Shown: positions 13,649-26,130, counted from the stretch's first letter. The stretch: DNA of 64,000 nt from Eledone cirrhosa (GCA_964016885.1 OZ024740.1:442370001-442434000), one strand, 5' to 3'. The notes: generated from the sequence alone by a model not told the origin. Made by a program: numbers and translations.

Positions 13649-15328
13649 ATGGCGGAAAAGATGGCAGACATGTCTGCCATTAGCTCTGCCACGCCCCCCA
13701 AGTCTGAAGAACAAAAAATAATTACAACAAAATTAGACAACGAAACAAACAAGGAAAATGAAAAAACAAATGTTAAAGAAAATGAGCAAACGGAAAACAA
13801 ACAAACAGAAAATAATACAAATAACAACAGGGCAACTTTCGCCCAGAAAACTAAACAATCCATAATATACACACCAATTGACTTAACTGCCGCCAGAGAA
13901 AAACTGGCCGAAGCGAAAAAACAAATAGTCTTGGGGGAGAACGGAATGTTTTCCATTAACTCCCCCCCAGAATTCAAGAAAGCCAGAACAGAGAGCACAG
14001 TTCTCTTCAGAACTATACTGAACCAGACAAGAAAGCCAGCACAGCCCAGCCAAATGGAAATAGAGTTGGTCCTAAAAGACTATATGAAGAATATTCTCTT
14101 CATACGAAAGGACCGACTCTATGGCAGCATTTCGGTCCTAACAAAAGACAAGGAAACGGCGGAGAAGCTTTCCCTAAGCCCACTCTCATCGACAACATAC
14201 AGCTTCTATCCCTCCTACATGGGTAGAAGAACACAGAGAGTAAAAGTAAAAACAATGCTGCCCACAATGGACTTCTGGTGGGCTATTGCTGGCTTCATAG
14301 ACATGGGCGAAGACACAATGCTGTCAATGGGGAAGGCAACTGGAGATGCGTTCCTGGGAATGGGCCTCGACATACTAGTCCAAATGAGGCCCGAAAGAAT
14401 AGCACAAATTCCGGATCGCATCTGGCTGGATGACCTTACCCCAATAGACATAATTGTAGAGGGGAGAAGACCAGCATGCTATTTATGCATGGAAAGGGGA
14501 CACGTTAAGGCTAACTGCCCGAAACGTATCCCCCAAAAAGGACTATTGCCCACACCCACCACAAACAGTACACCAACACCACCCACCTCCAAAAATACAC
14601 TAATACCACACACAGCAAACAAAATACAGACACCACCAACCACAAACACAACACAAACATCACCACCACCAGCACCAAACACAAGCACGACACAAAAATC
14701 ACCACCACCAACCACAACACAAACATCACCACCACCAACCACAAGCACGACACAAACATTACCACCACCACCACAAAACCCATTCCAAACAAATAATAAA
14801 AAAAACAGTAACAAATCTACCCCTCCCGAAAAGAAAAAACAACCACACAACACGTCCCTCCCACCTAGCGCTGAAGAGTTTCCCCCAACTTCTGAAGAAG
14901 AAGGAGGAGAAGCCTTCAGACAAGTTAAAAGAAAAAAAAGAAAACACACACCCAGCACACCACAAATATCCCACACACAAACACCAACTCCAATCAAAAA
15001 CACCCCACCCTCAACAAACAAAAATAAATCTGCGCCTCCCCTCTCCGAAACATTGACAGCATCACAAAAAAAGACGTTGCAATACACATATATAAATAAA
15101 GAAAACAAAAAACTGGTTAAATTAATAAACAATAACCCTATGGTGCAGACCGAAGGGCCAAACTTTATCTCAACAGAGAACTTCACCCATTTAAAAATGA
15201 TAAAGGTCCCTCTGGACCTTTATCGTTCCTTAAAAGAACAATTTAGACGGGACGTGAGCCCCCCCCTGTTTAAAACCGTTAAATCGCGTCCTCTTGAAAG
15301 ATTTCCCCATAACCGCCCCTCTCCCTGA
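13649..15328 (+). CDS. Tx1 ORF1 gag-like protein with CCHC zinc knuckle and Pro/Thr-rich region
   Basis: Open from ATG 13649. The motif VEGRRPACYLCMERGHVKANCP is typical of L1/Tx1 ORF1. Confidence 0.88.
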   Translation: MAEKMADMSAISSATPPKSEEQKIITTKLDNETNKENEKTNVKENEQTENKQTENNTNNNRATFAQKTKQSIIYTPIDLTAAREKLAEAKKQIVLGENGMFSINSPPEFKKARTESTVLFRTILNQTRKPAQPSQMEIELVLKDYMKNILFIRKDRLYGSISVLTKDKETAEKLSLSPLSSTTYSFYPSYMGRRTQRVKVKTMLPTMDFWWAIAGFIDMGEDTMLSMGKATGDAFLGMGLDILVQMRPERIAQIPDRIWLDDLTPIDIIVEGRRPACYLCMERGHVKANCPKRIPQKGLLPTPTTNSTPTPPTSKNTLIPHTANKIQTPPTTNTTQTSPPPAPNTSTTQKSPPPTTTQTSPPPTTSTTQTLPPPPQNPFQTNNKKNSNKSTPPEKKKQPHNTSLPPSAEEFPPTSEEEGGEAFRQVKRKKRKHTPSTPQISHTQTPTPIKNTPPSTNKNKSAPPLSETLTASQKKTLQYTYINKENKKLVKLINNNPMVQTEGPNFISTENFTHLKMIKVPLDLYRSLKEQFRRDVSPPLFKTVKSRPLERFPHNRPSP

Positions 15329-15472
15329 CACAACTCCAAATACCCCAACCCCACCACACACGGGTACCCCCACACCACCACAAAACATCCCTCCACCCAA
15401 CACACCTGATGCCATGGAAATTACACAACCCGGAGAGGTAGGTGCTTTTCTTTCTTCACTTTCAACACCAAA

Positions 15473-18400
15473 ATAGATCAATTGAGAGTTGGCTGTTTGA
15501 ACGCGCGTGGCCTGGGCTCAGCTTGGAAGCAAGCAAAGCTTCTAAGTGACCTCAGGTCACAAAGTATAGATGTGATGGTTGTTTGCGAGAGTCGGATCAG
15601 CAGCGTGAGACAGCTGGCGCCCGCCTTCGATGACTTTGAGATGCACGCATCTCTCTGTCAACCCGGAGGCGGGGGGGGGGGGGGGGGGTTGCCGTACTGC
15701 TGGATAAACGTCTGACTCTCGACGTACAGATTGTTCACTCGGACCCCGGGGGTCGATTACTGGTGCTGGACGTCGGAGGCGGTGAAGGCGGGGCTTTCAG
15801 ACTGGTCGGTCTTTATGCTCCCTTCGGGGCGGAAAGAGCCGACTTCTTCCAGCGTCTGGAGACTTTTCTAGGAACGTCGCGTTCCCTGCTTTTAGTGGGG
15901 GACTGGAATGGAATCCTAGATGCGCGTTGGGACTATGCAGGGGCATGTCCCGATAGAGGGGGGTGTAGCAGCCTCAAGGGGTTACTCGATCGATTCGACC
16001 TGGTCGATAGATTTCGACTAGATTGTCCAACTGCGCCAACCTGGACCTGGGCAAACCGCAGTGGACAATCTAGATCGTACCTAGATAGGTTTTTGGTTAG
16101 GAGTAAGGATAGGGACGTATTTAGTTGTCCAGAACTGATCATGGTTGGCTATTCAGATCACAAATTAGTGACCTGCGTGGTCAACCTTGATAGAACGCAT
16201 AGACAGGGTCCCGGTTACTGGAAGATGAACTTGTCCTTGCCGACAAAGAAAGATTACAGGAACCGGATTAGTAGCTTAGTTAAGATGCGGTTGACGGGAG
16301 CGATCGTCAACAGTAGGTGGTGGGTATCTCTAAAGAGAGAGATTAGAGTAAGTTCGATAGGTTACAGTAAGGAACTAGCGGCGAATAGAAATAGGAAGGA
16401 AAGGGAGTTAACAGATAAACTAGAAGAGGCGATTAGGAGCGGAGACGTAGCCAGAGTGTTAGCGGCGAGAACGGCGTTGAGCCAGTTCTTTGACGCGAAG
16501 CACGAAGGCTGCGTTGTCCGAAGTAAAATACGTGCTTTAGGAAACGAGGGGACCAAAGCTGTTAGCTGGGCCCGCGTGACAGAAGCCAAGAGTGGGATTA
16601 AATCCACCATTCGGTCTTTGCGAGACCAGGATGGACGGGTGATCCTTGAACCTGAGCGGATGTGCGAGGCCTTTCAAAGGCACTTTGCTCGACTGTTCGG
16701 AGGGGGCGGGGGGCCGGACGGGGATGTGGACTTCGGTCCATACCTCGACGGTCTACCGCGTCTTTCGAGCGGCGAAGCGGAGTGCTGCGAAAGGCCAACC
16801 ACAGCCACTGAAATCGGGGAAGCGCTCAGCCAATGCAGCAGACGCAAATCTCCGGGTCTCGATGGTCTACCATACGAACTTTTTTTAGCTATGCCGGTCT
16901 TGTTCTCCGAACTCCTCGAGGCTGTCTATTGCAACTGGCAACAGAACGGGAGAATTCCCTGTTCTGTGACCAAGGGCGTGGTCACGCTAGTGAGGAAGGA
17001 CGAGAGCAAGGGGGACGACTTAAGTAACTTTAGGCCCATAACTCTGCTGAATGCAGAGTTACAGATTTTGGCCAAGGTGTTGGCGTAGAGGTTGGCGCTT
17101 GTGGTGGGTGGTTTGGTGGGAGACGCGCAGACATGCGCTATCCCGTCCAGGTCCATTAACGACAACCTCCACCTCATGCGATACATCATAGAGAGGGTTG
17201 GCAACGAACCCGGCTTTGGTGGGGCCCTGATCAACTTGGATCAATCTAAGGCGTTCGATAGGGTCGACCATGGTTACCTGGATGCGGTGCTAGCGGCGGC
17301 GGGCTTCGGACCCGTTTTCAGGGGCTGGATTTCTGCCATGCACAGTGGCAACATCTACTCTAGGATTAAAGTAAACGGCTACCTCTCGGAGCCGTTTCAA
17401 ATCACCCGGTCCATCAGACAGGGGTGCCCCCTCTCCTCCCTTCTGTACGTATTGACTCTCGAGCCACTGCTGCGGAAGTTGGAGTTGCTGCGGGGCATAC
17501 CCCTGGAACCGGGATTGCACAAAGCGGTCTCGGCCTATGCCGACGACGTAACAGTAATGGTGGAGGACGCCTCGGAAATCGGGGCGATCGCCACCCTACT
17601 GGAGGAATACGAAAGGCTGACGGGGGCTAGGCTGAACCGGGACAAGTCAGTCGGTTTGCAACTCGGAACGTGGAGGGGCAAACCGATGCCGTTAGACGGT
17701 GTCGTCGGGCGGTGGACGGAGGGCCCGGTGAAGCTGCTCGGGGTCTGGTTCGGACCGGACCTCCAGGTGGAGAAGAATTGGGGCGAGGTGACGAGCAGGG
17801 TGTTTGCGCTGACCCAGAAGTGGGCCAAGTGCAAACTATCACTGAAAGGTCGGGCAGAGGTGACGAACGCTTACATAGCGTCCGTCATCTGCTACCGCCT
17901 GACCGTCGTGCCTTGCACCAAGGAAAAGATCACCATCATGGAACGCATGCTCTTCCAGTTCCTCTGGAAGAAGCGGCCTCCCATGGTGAGGAGATCCATC
18001 TGCTGCCAGCACCCTTCGAAAGGAGGGCTGGGTATGCCGTGGCTGTTGATGCGTAGGCACGCATTGAGGCTACGGCATCTACAGGTATTCCTCACCGGTC
18101 AGCCGGTGTGGGCCCCGTTTGTGAGGCGAGCCTTCCCACAGCTCGTCTCGCTCACCGAGCTGCAATCCTGGGTGAAGCAAAGACCGAGAAAACTGGGCAA
18201 CTGGCACACCGAGTGTGCCCAGGCGCTCACGGCTATCTGGCAAGCGGACCCGACTGTCAGTGGAGAATCCACCTCGACATTCTATTGAGGGCTGGTGGAT
18301 AGCAGGGGCGACGACACCCTTGGAGAGTCGCTAGGCATGGAGGAGGACGAACTGGCCAGCCTGTTCGGTAGAACTTTCGGCCCGGGACCCATGGACAACT

Positions 18401-18919
18401 TCCAGAGGTCCCTAGCCTGGCAGTGTTACCGGGGGGCTCTGCCCGTTCGAGAAAAGCTCTACAGACACGGGCGCCCGGGCAGGGATCCAGCGAAAAAGAT
18501 CTGTCCCAGATGCGTGCGCGACGAGGAAACCGTTGCGCATGCACTGGTACACTGCCCGGGCGTTGCCGATCTGTGGGGCTACGTCGAACGACTGCTGTCG
18601 CGTGTGGCGCCGATTCGATTAACCGCCGAGTCTGTGGTGAACATCAAGCCGCCGCCTCCCTTCAGAAACGAAGCAGAGGCGGTCTTTCTGTGCGCAATAG
18701 CCATGATGAAAGAGGTTGTGTGGTGGACGCGCCTGAAATGTCTGAGGACGGGTGACTTTTTTCTCCGGCCATCACCTGGTTTACTTCTTCCGATACCACT
18801 TCGGAAGAAGGATCAGGATGGAGAGAGAAGTGCTTGGCCCCAGACAGTTTTATGAAAGGTGGGTGAAAGAAGCGAGAATGGCTCGTGTAAATGGGCCTTC
18901 TCTCTACATTGTTCTGTAG
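15473..18919 (+). pseudogene. Tx1 ORF2 (APE endonuclease - reverse transcriptase - C-terminal zinc-binding), disrupted
   Basis: Start appears mutated ATG>ATA at 15473 (xDQLRVGCLNARG, cf. MASLRV in copy C). Frameshift in the poly-G at ~15671-15688, TAG at 17086-17088, TGA at 18286-18288, another frameshift near 18760. Motifs GDWN, SDH, QGCPLS, YADD. Confidence 0.92.
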
Positions 18920-19184
18920 GTGAAGAAGTGAAGAGGAATGGGGGAGCGCCTCCTCTCTGGGCTTCCCCCGCGAAAAGGGTTGCACACTTTTCGGGGGTAT
19001 GTGCAATCCCGAACACGCCCCCTCCCTTTTGAGGACTTTTTATTATTATATTATTATTGTTATTCCTTTTTCTTTACTCGATTTATGTAAACTCCCCCAC
19101 TGTGTATTTGTCCCCTTCTTGTGTGCCCTCGTGGCAAATATATAGAAATTTATCTATCTACCTATATATCTGTCTATCGACACA

Positions 19185-19445
19185 TAAACTCGCACACGCA
19201 CACACATACACACACATGCACAGACGCAACAGACACACACACAGACGCGAACACACACGCATTCACACACAAACACAGACACACACAACCACACACACAT
19301 ACACACACATACACACACACGCACAGACGCAGACAAACACACACAAACATACAGACACAGACACACACACGCACATGCACACACATACAGACAGACACAA
19401 ACACAAACACACATACAGACACAGACACACACACAAACACACACA
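19185..19445. repeat. Degenerate (CA)n microsatellite
   Basis: Visible CA/CAGA repeats. Confidence 0.9.
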
Positions 19446-19640
19446 TCTATAAAATAGCTGTTGTAAGAGATATAGTAGTATTTGTTTTAGTTGTAACCAG
19501 TGATTCATACCTCTGTACATAGCATAAATAGCAGTAATCGATTAAATATCAATAAATGATCGGTCACTGAGTGAAGTTTTTATTGCAAGAAAATGTTTCT
19601 TATCGATGTTGAATTAAATTATACATATATATACACACAA

Positions 19641-19707
<67 letters not shown>

Positions 19708-19708
<1 letters not shown>

Positions 19709-19900
19709 CAAAAAGTATGACCCCGACGGCAGAGCTCAAGCCGTTTCGACGGCTATTTCTGGACTCTAGAAATAGCCGTCGAAACGACTTGAGCTCTGCC
19801 GTCGGGGTCATACTTTTTCCTATTTCCCACTCTACTACCCTAAGTATTGAGTACTCTGGTGCGTTATGGTCCATTTGGTTCCTTACCACACTTCCTTTGT
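19708..19900 (+). mobile_element. Short fold-back element (family E) in (TA)n with hammerhead-like motif
   Basis: 51-bp inverted arms 19710-19760/19768-19818, then a unique tail to 19900. A second copy lies at 26399-26558 (minus). Confidence 0.65.
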
Positions 19901-19982
19901 TATATATATATACACACACACATATATATATACATATACATATATATGTGTGTGTGTATGTGTGTGTGTATGTGTATGTATA

Positions 19983-20060
19983 CAGGGAGGGGCATCATGC
20001 TCCCCCTCATTCTTCTTATATATCCCTTCAAAATGTGGGATATCTTTATGCCCCACCCTG
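19983..20060. mobile_element. Tiny Tc1/mariner-type MITE
   Basis: TIRs CAGGGAGGGGCAT / ATGCCCCACCCTG (12/13 match) with TA on both sides. Confidence 0.6.
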
Positions 20061-20274
20061 TATATAAGAAAATAACTGTAACCACTGTCAATTGCTATAG
20101 AGAATAACTTAGAAAGTTTGGTAGACGGAGAGAAAGTGAGCTCAGCCTCTGACAGATTAGTTACCGCTCCCAGATGCTCCTCGTGTACATCAGAAGATGC
20201 TGTTGCAATCGGGTATAGGAGATCAGCAAAGTATTCTCTCCAGCTCGCAAGGATGCACCTCTCTGAAGAGAGGA

Positions 20275-21395
20275 GAACTACAAACGCTTTCCCGGTAGCA
20301 GATGTGGAGGAAGCCCCTTATTACGAAGTCGATGAATGGTCTGCCAGAACTTTTTTTTTTGCTGATCTGAAGTCGGATTCCAGCTTAACCCCAAAGTCCT
20401 CCAGGTCTTAATTTTAAACGCATTTACTGTCTCTGCTGCGGTCTTTCGTCCCTGCTTGTACCGGAAGTGCAACAAGGTGGACCTATTTCCAAGCCAAGCA
20501 TTGTAGGCCTTCTTCTTACCTCGGATGGCATCCTTGACTTCTTAATTGAGCCAAGGAATCTTCCTGCTATCCAGCGCCCAACCAAGCCTCTTTTTTCCAC
20601 ACCATTCAACAGCTGAAACAGAAACTGTTGATCTGTCCCAACGTCCTCAACGTCCTCAATGTTCTCAGTGAGTTCTCTAAATTTCGATGCAGTAGTATCT
20701 GCATATCTAGTCCTCACTTCCTTATCCACCAACGCTTCCCACGTTATCCTGTAGGTCTCCCTGGACAGCTCAGCCCCTCTCTTAACACAAACAACCAGCA
20801 CAGAATCAAAGAGATCAGAAACAATAACAAAATCAATTATTGATCTGTCCCTGAATCCTCTTATACCATGTATATTTATGGATGTCTCTGAGCTGGAAGA
20901 GAGAGTCTATTGCTAGAACAGAAGTATATTAAGGCCTCTCTATTTGTATTTAGATCGGGGTCACCATTCCTTCCAATCACTCCTTTCCATGTCAGGTGGT
21001 CAGTGCCAACATATGAATTGAAGTCTTCCACCAGGTTATATGACTCAGTCTTAACTACATCTAATGCAGTAGTGACTTGAACAAGGAAGGACCAGTATTC
21101 GGACTCCTTTTTTGGTACATAAACCTGTACCATCCGAACAAGATCCAGTCCATAACACATTCTGATAGCTGGGGGAGGGGGGAGGGGGCTTGTGTGTATC
21201 TCCTCTCCTGTCTGTGCAGTCCTTTCTAGCACCACACCTAAATATTGGAGTTTTCATCCCCCATCCAAATCTACAGTATCAGAGTCAAGGAACTTTGTTG
21301 AGGAAACCACCACTATATCTAGCTGGTAGTATCTAGTATCCTCCACTACTTCCTGTTCCTTACTTGTTAGGGTTGTGATGTTCCAGGTCCCAATT
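20275..21395 (-). pseudogene. Degenerate RTE-clade (Expander/Rex3-like) LINE, APE domain and linker
   Basis: Minus strand gives IGTWNITTL near 21390 and EDFNSYVGTDHLTWKGVIGRNGDPDLNTN...FCSSNRLS, which match the RTE-clade APE pattern. Many stops and frameshifts. Confidence 0.75.
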
Positions 21396-21961
21396 GTCAT
21401 GGTTTATTCCCTTTCGAACCCTCTTTGGGATTTCGGGATACACAATGTTTGTGTGTCCATCCCACACCTCTCAGGACAGGTCGCAGGCCCATCGCCAGTT
21501 TTTGCGAGATGAAATGGCGACTACAATATATTTTTTCGCACGGGCCCCTCCCTCTATCCAAGGCCTGATGCGTCCCTTGTTAACCCACGCGAAGTACGAT
21601 GTTGTATGTATCTTTTTGTTCCTCTCACCATACTGCAGTAGCAGTTTCAGTGGTTTTATTCGTGCCAGACATCAATCTGGTACATTGTCAATCCCGCGAA
21701 GACTACGCTTTGTTAGAGGCGGCCTTTACTCGCCTCATCATAGCTAGGTCAGTGGGTTGTGAGAGTTTTTTGTGAGCTACAGGTATCACCCATTGCTCTA
21801 TCTCCCCTAGTAGTTTACCTCTGTTGGTCCGGGATTGCTTATTCATCCGGCAGTTGTCCGCTTATATCGCAACTAACCTTCGTATCTGGTGGCCGTATCC
21901 TGCGCCTGCGACCCGTTCTCTAGCAGAACAGCTCTGTCGGGAAATATATATATATATATAT

Positions 21962-22060
21962 AAACGGAAAAAATAAAACGAAATTTCATTTCCCACTCTT
22001 AGTACGGCTGTTACTTAAATATAAGTATGTATACGTACATACATATATGTATACATACTT
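21962..22060 (-). mobile_element. Fragment of retrozyme-like family A
   Basis: AAACGGAAAAAATAAAACGAAATTTCATTTCCCACTCTTAGTACGGCTG... is nearly identical to 37632-37720, with the same junction to (TA)n. Confidence 0.8.
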
Positions 22061-22075
22061 ATATATATATATATC

Positions 22076-22477
22076 CAGGAGAGATGACCCCTTAGCCTTT
22101 GTCAAGGCAGAATTCTAGAAGGAAAACTCTGATATAATACCTGCAAACCTGATGGTATCCAATGATGTTGACTTGTTCTTCTTTTTGGTAAATATCATCT
22201 TGGTTAAGAGAGTGGGACTGGCTTTGTGCAGTGCCTTTGCTCACTATAAAAGTTTCACGGCACAGGCATTGCTTTATATCTGGAGATCTCTCTGCACTTG
22301 TCGTTACATGGTACCATGGGCCCAGCACTGTGTCAGTAATTGTCACAAGTGTAGTGTTTGTACCAGAGTTTTCCGTCGCTGGCTGGACTAAAAAGTCACA
22401 CTCGTTCAGCGCATCGATAGGGGTTCTCCTACATGGATGTAAAGTAGTGGCCGTACTCGAAAACGAGTTGGCAGCCA

Positions 22478-22479
<2 letters not shown>
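22076..22479 (+). mobile_element. Non-coding element family D (RTE 5'-UTR-like SINE), 5'-truncated copy
   Basis: Near-identical reverse complement of 41902-42312. Contains CTAGAAGGAAAACTCTGAT, resembling RTE 5' UTRs. Flanked by (TA)n. Confidence 0.6.
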
Positions 22480-22512
<33 letters not shown>

Positions 22513-22783
22513 TACACACATATACATATATATATACACACATACATATATATATATATATATACATATATATACATATATATACACACACACATATATG
22601 TATATATAATGAAATATGGCGTTAATAGCAGTTGAATAAATCCAGAAAAGTAGCAGCTATTTATTATGTACAGTTATCGACTATTATTAGAATTATCTGC
22701 ATTGTGGCGACTGTATCTCCAAAGTTCAAACCTTTCAATGGTTTATGAACCAATCAAATCTCATTACGCACACACATACTCGC

Positions 22784-22858
<75 letters not shown>

Positions 22859-22933
22859 TCAGTATATAAAGAGAAGTACACATCGTAACTCCATTTTTTA
22901 ATTTGATATATAATATGTATATGTGTGTGTGTA

Positions 22934-23100
22934 TCCCGGGTTAAATCGGTGGTAACCACAGTAAGGTACTCAATACATAGCAGAGCATAAATATTAAATA
23001 TAGAAATGGCTTCTACAGGACTAGAACTGTTTCATCGGAAGGAAATCATCAGGAAATCTTTGAAACAGTTCCAGTCCTGTAGAAGCTATGTCTATATTAA
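22934..23100 (-). mobile_element. Short PLE-type terminal element with hammerhead and 5' inversion
   Basis: Inverted arms 23006-23034/23061-23089. The minus strand has TTTC-CTGATGA...GAAACAG-ttctagtc-CTGTA-GAAG. Confidence 0.6.
23010..23056 (-). ncRNA. Hammerhead ribozyme motif with weak stem II
   Basis: Stem I TTTC/GAAG, core CTGATGA, GAAA, stem III ACAG/CTGT, GUA triplet. Stem II (TTTCCTTCCGAT) pairs poorly. Confidence 0.45.
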
Positions 23101-23566
23101 ATATATATATATATATACACGGGTACACAAATACATACACACATACATTTCTTTCTATATATATATACATAATTATATATATACATACATACATACAGAC
23201 ATACACTCATACATCTCTCTATATATATACATATATAAGCACACTTAAAAAAACACACACAACACTACCCTACACGGCACCCCATGTACCTCCCTACCGC
23301 ACCCCACCTCACTCCCCACTCTAACTGAAATCCTATATCAGACAGTATATTTCACTATATATACATCACTATATATACATCACTATATATCCCTATATAT
23401 ACATCACTATATTTACATCACTATATATACATCACTATATACATCACTATATATACATCACTATATATACATCACTATATATCCCTATATATATATATCA
23501 CTATATACATCACTATATATACATCACTATATATATACATCACTATATATACATCATTATATATAT

Positions 23567-23743
23567 TGGCAGTATCGGTAGAGGGTCGGACGCCATGCTT
23601 TCCAGCATAGTTACGTCCCTTTATGATCTGAGTTCAAATCCCGCCGAGGTTGACTTTGCCTTTCATCCTTACGGGGTCGATAAAATAAAGTACCAGTAAT
23701 GCACTGGATAATTGCTGGCCTTGTGCCTAAAGTAGAAACAATT
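23567..23743 (+). mobile_element. tRNA-derived SINE with Nin-type central domain
   Basis: A-box-like TGGCAGTATCGG, B-box GAGTTCAAATC, then GCCTTTCATCCTTACGGGGTCGATAAAATAAAGTACCAG. Confidence 0.8.
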
Positions 23744-23757
23744 ATATATACAGTGGA

Positions 23758-23936
23758 TTGGTAGTATCGGTAGAGGGTCGGACGCCATGCTTTCCAGCAT
23801 AGTTACGTCCCTTTGCGGTCTGAGTTCAAATCCCGCCGAGGTTAACTTTGCCTTTCATCCTTACGGGGTCGATAAAATAAAGTACCAGTAATGTACTGGG
23901 TTATTGATGGCCTTGTGCCTAAAGTAGAAACAATTA
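23758..23936 (+). mobile_element. tRNA-derived SINE with Nin-type central domain (tandem second copy)
   Basis: Near-identical to 23567-23743, consistent with local tandem duplication. Confidence 0.8.
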
Positions 23937-24431
23937 TTTATATATCACTATATATATATATACATTACTATATATACATCACTATATATATATCACTATA
24001 TATATATACATCACTATATATACATCACTATATATATATATATATCACTATATATACATATCACTATATATACATCACTATATATATACCACTATATATA
24101 TATATCACTATATATATACCACTATATATATATATCACTATATATATATCACTATATATATATATATCACTATATATATATATACATCACTATATATATG
24201 TATCACTATATATATATATACATCACTATATATATATATCACTATATATATATCACTATATATATATACATCACTATATAGCTATAAATGCTGTAATATA
24301 CAGTATAGATCCCTGTAGCGTTCCAGTGAAGTCTCGCGGGATTTACTGTTTTATGAAACTATCTCACTTTTAATTTTCTCTTCGTTCCATTTCATGCATG
24401 AGCTGGTCTTTTGTTAGATATTCTACCCCAC

Positions 24432-24620
24432 TTCCTCTCTCTTTCTCTCTCTCTTTCTCTTTCTCTCTCTCTATCACTATCTCTTTCTCTCTCTCTCTTT
24501 CTCTCTCTTTCTCTTTCTCTCTCTAACACTATCTCTTCCTCTCTCTTCCTCTCTCTTTCTCGATCTTTCTCTGTCTCTATCACTATCTCTTTCTCTCTCA
24601 TTCTCCCCCTCTTTCTTTCC
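24432..24620. repeat. Degenerate (CT)n microsatellite
   Basis: Visible CT/CTTT repeats. Confidence 0.85.
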
Positions 24621-25149
24621 TGTTCTCCATTAGAGAGGAAAGCAGTGTTTCGTTTTGATGTATTTTGACTGCCTCCGCTTCCATCCACATTGTATCCCTT
24701 CTCTTTCACCTTTTCTCTTTATCTCTCTTTCTTTCTATCTTCATCACCGACTTTTCTCTCTCTTCCTTCTTTCATTCCTTCTTTCTTTCATATTTTCTTA
24801 GTTCATCTATTTCTTCACTCTGTAAGATTTACTTATATATTTACACCCACACGTACATGCACACAGACATACATACATATGTATTATACATCTATGTGTG
24901 TATGTATGTTTATATATATGTATGATACAAATAAATAAATAAATATATATATATATATATATAAATTAAAATGAAGAATTAGAAATAGGACTATCCTATC
25001 CTAGTGATCTACTAGCCATCATAGGCATTTCTTCTATATACATACAAATATGTATATATATATATTTATATATATATATTTATTTGTATGATACGTATAT
25101 ATAAACATACATACACAAATACATGTATAATACATATATTACTAACATA

Positions 25150-25612
25150 TCATCAGGGTGGAGTATCTGCAGATTTCTCATCAGTTCTGCATAAATATTC
25201 TCCTTTACACTAATCTTTGATATTATATTGGCATCTGCTGGGCAGCTAATATCCACTACTGTCCATGCTTTCTTTTCCCTGTCCCATATCATAATATCTG
25301 GTCTGTTATGCCTGCACTTTATTGGGGTTTTTACTGGAACATTCCACCAGTACTCTTTCATATTATGTATATGTATGTCTTCCACAATGCTGTAGCTTTT
25401 AATGTGTTTATTATCGGGGCTATCTTTTCTATGGATTGCATTGTACAGTGTTTTGGCCACTACATCATGCCTCAGAGGTAGATAGTACCGCGATGACATA
25501 TTTGGACACCTGCTTATGACATGGGTGACATCTTCGATGTTAATTCTGCAGAGTCTGCACTTGTTATCACATCTTGTTGTTTTGCCTGCATCCCTATCTC
25601 TTTTGTGGATCA
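25150..25612 (-). pseudogene. R4/Dong-like non-LTR retrotransposon fragment: CCHC knuckle + restriction-like endonuclease
   Basis: CRLCRINIEDVTHVISRC, LRHDVVAK (RHD motif), HNRPDIMIWD...VDISCP...K (PD-(D/E)xK). Confidence 0.85.
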
Positions 25613-25741
25613 GGTATGTATGTATGTATATATGTATGTATGTATGTTTGTATGCATGCATGTATATATTTATATATATTTAAGTATATATATGTATGTA
25701 TATATGTATATATGTATGTACGTATATATGTATGTATGTGT

Positions 25742-25900
25742 GCAGGGGCGTACCTTAATGGTGTTTTGCCCACAATCGCAAAGTCACGAGTTCAATTCCC
25801 TGCGACACATTAAGTCCTTGAGCAAGACTCTTTCACGTCGCAGCAATTCAATCAATCGAAAGAAATATTTCTTACTGTAATGGAACCAGTCTTGTCACAT
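25742..25900 (+). mobile_element. Degenerate tRNA-derived SINE
   Basis: B-box GAGTTCAATTCC followed by a CORE-like GTCCTTGAGCAAGAC. Confidence 0.55.
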
Positions 25901-26130
25901 ATTGTCTCTTATTGACTCTTCTTGTGAACTACATTAAGAGTACACGTGTATGTGCAATGGTCTGCGACGTTAACCACGTAGCTATGCTTGCCTCTATATT
26001 CGTAAACTCCCATATTTTATATTTGGAGGATTGGTTGTAATGTCTTTATGTTGTTTTTTATTACAAAAATTTAAAATAAATTGTTATTAAAATGAAAGCG
26101 ATAGCAATAAATTGATAATATATATATATA

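Larger units (their letters stand above)
13445..19178 (+). mobile_element. Tx1-clade non-LTR retrotransposon, near full-length copy G (~5.7 kb)
   Basis: 5' UTR directly after (TATC)n, ORF1 with a CCHC knuckle, ORF2 APE-RT-zinc region, 3' UTR and a TATC-like tail at 19150-19178. Confidence 0.93.
23350..24280. repeat. (ATATATACATCACT)n-type minisatellite interrupted by two SINEs
   Basis: Repeating CATCACTATATATA units at 23350-23562 and 23940-24280. Confidence 0.85.

Noticed and set aside
14479-15186. Antisense Gly/Val-rich ORFs opposite Tx1 ORF1 and PLE ORF
   Set aside because: Shadow frames of C/A-rich low-complexity coding sequence.
15438-15476. 39-nt GT...AG intron linking ORF1 tail to ORF2
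   Set aside because: Splicing gives ATC AAT TGA, out of frame with ORF2. The AG is better explained by an ATG>ATA mutation of the ORF2 start.
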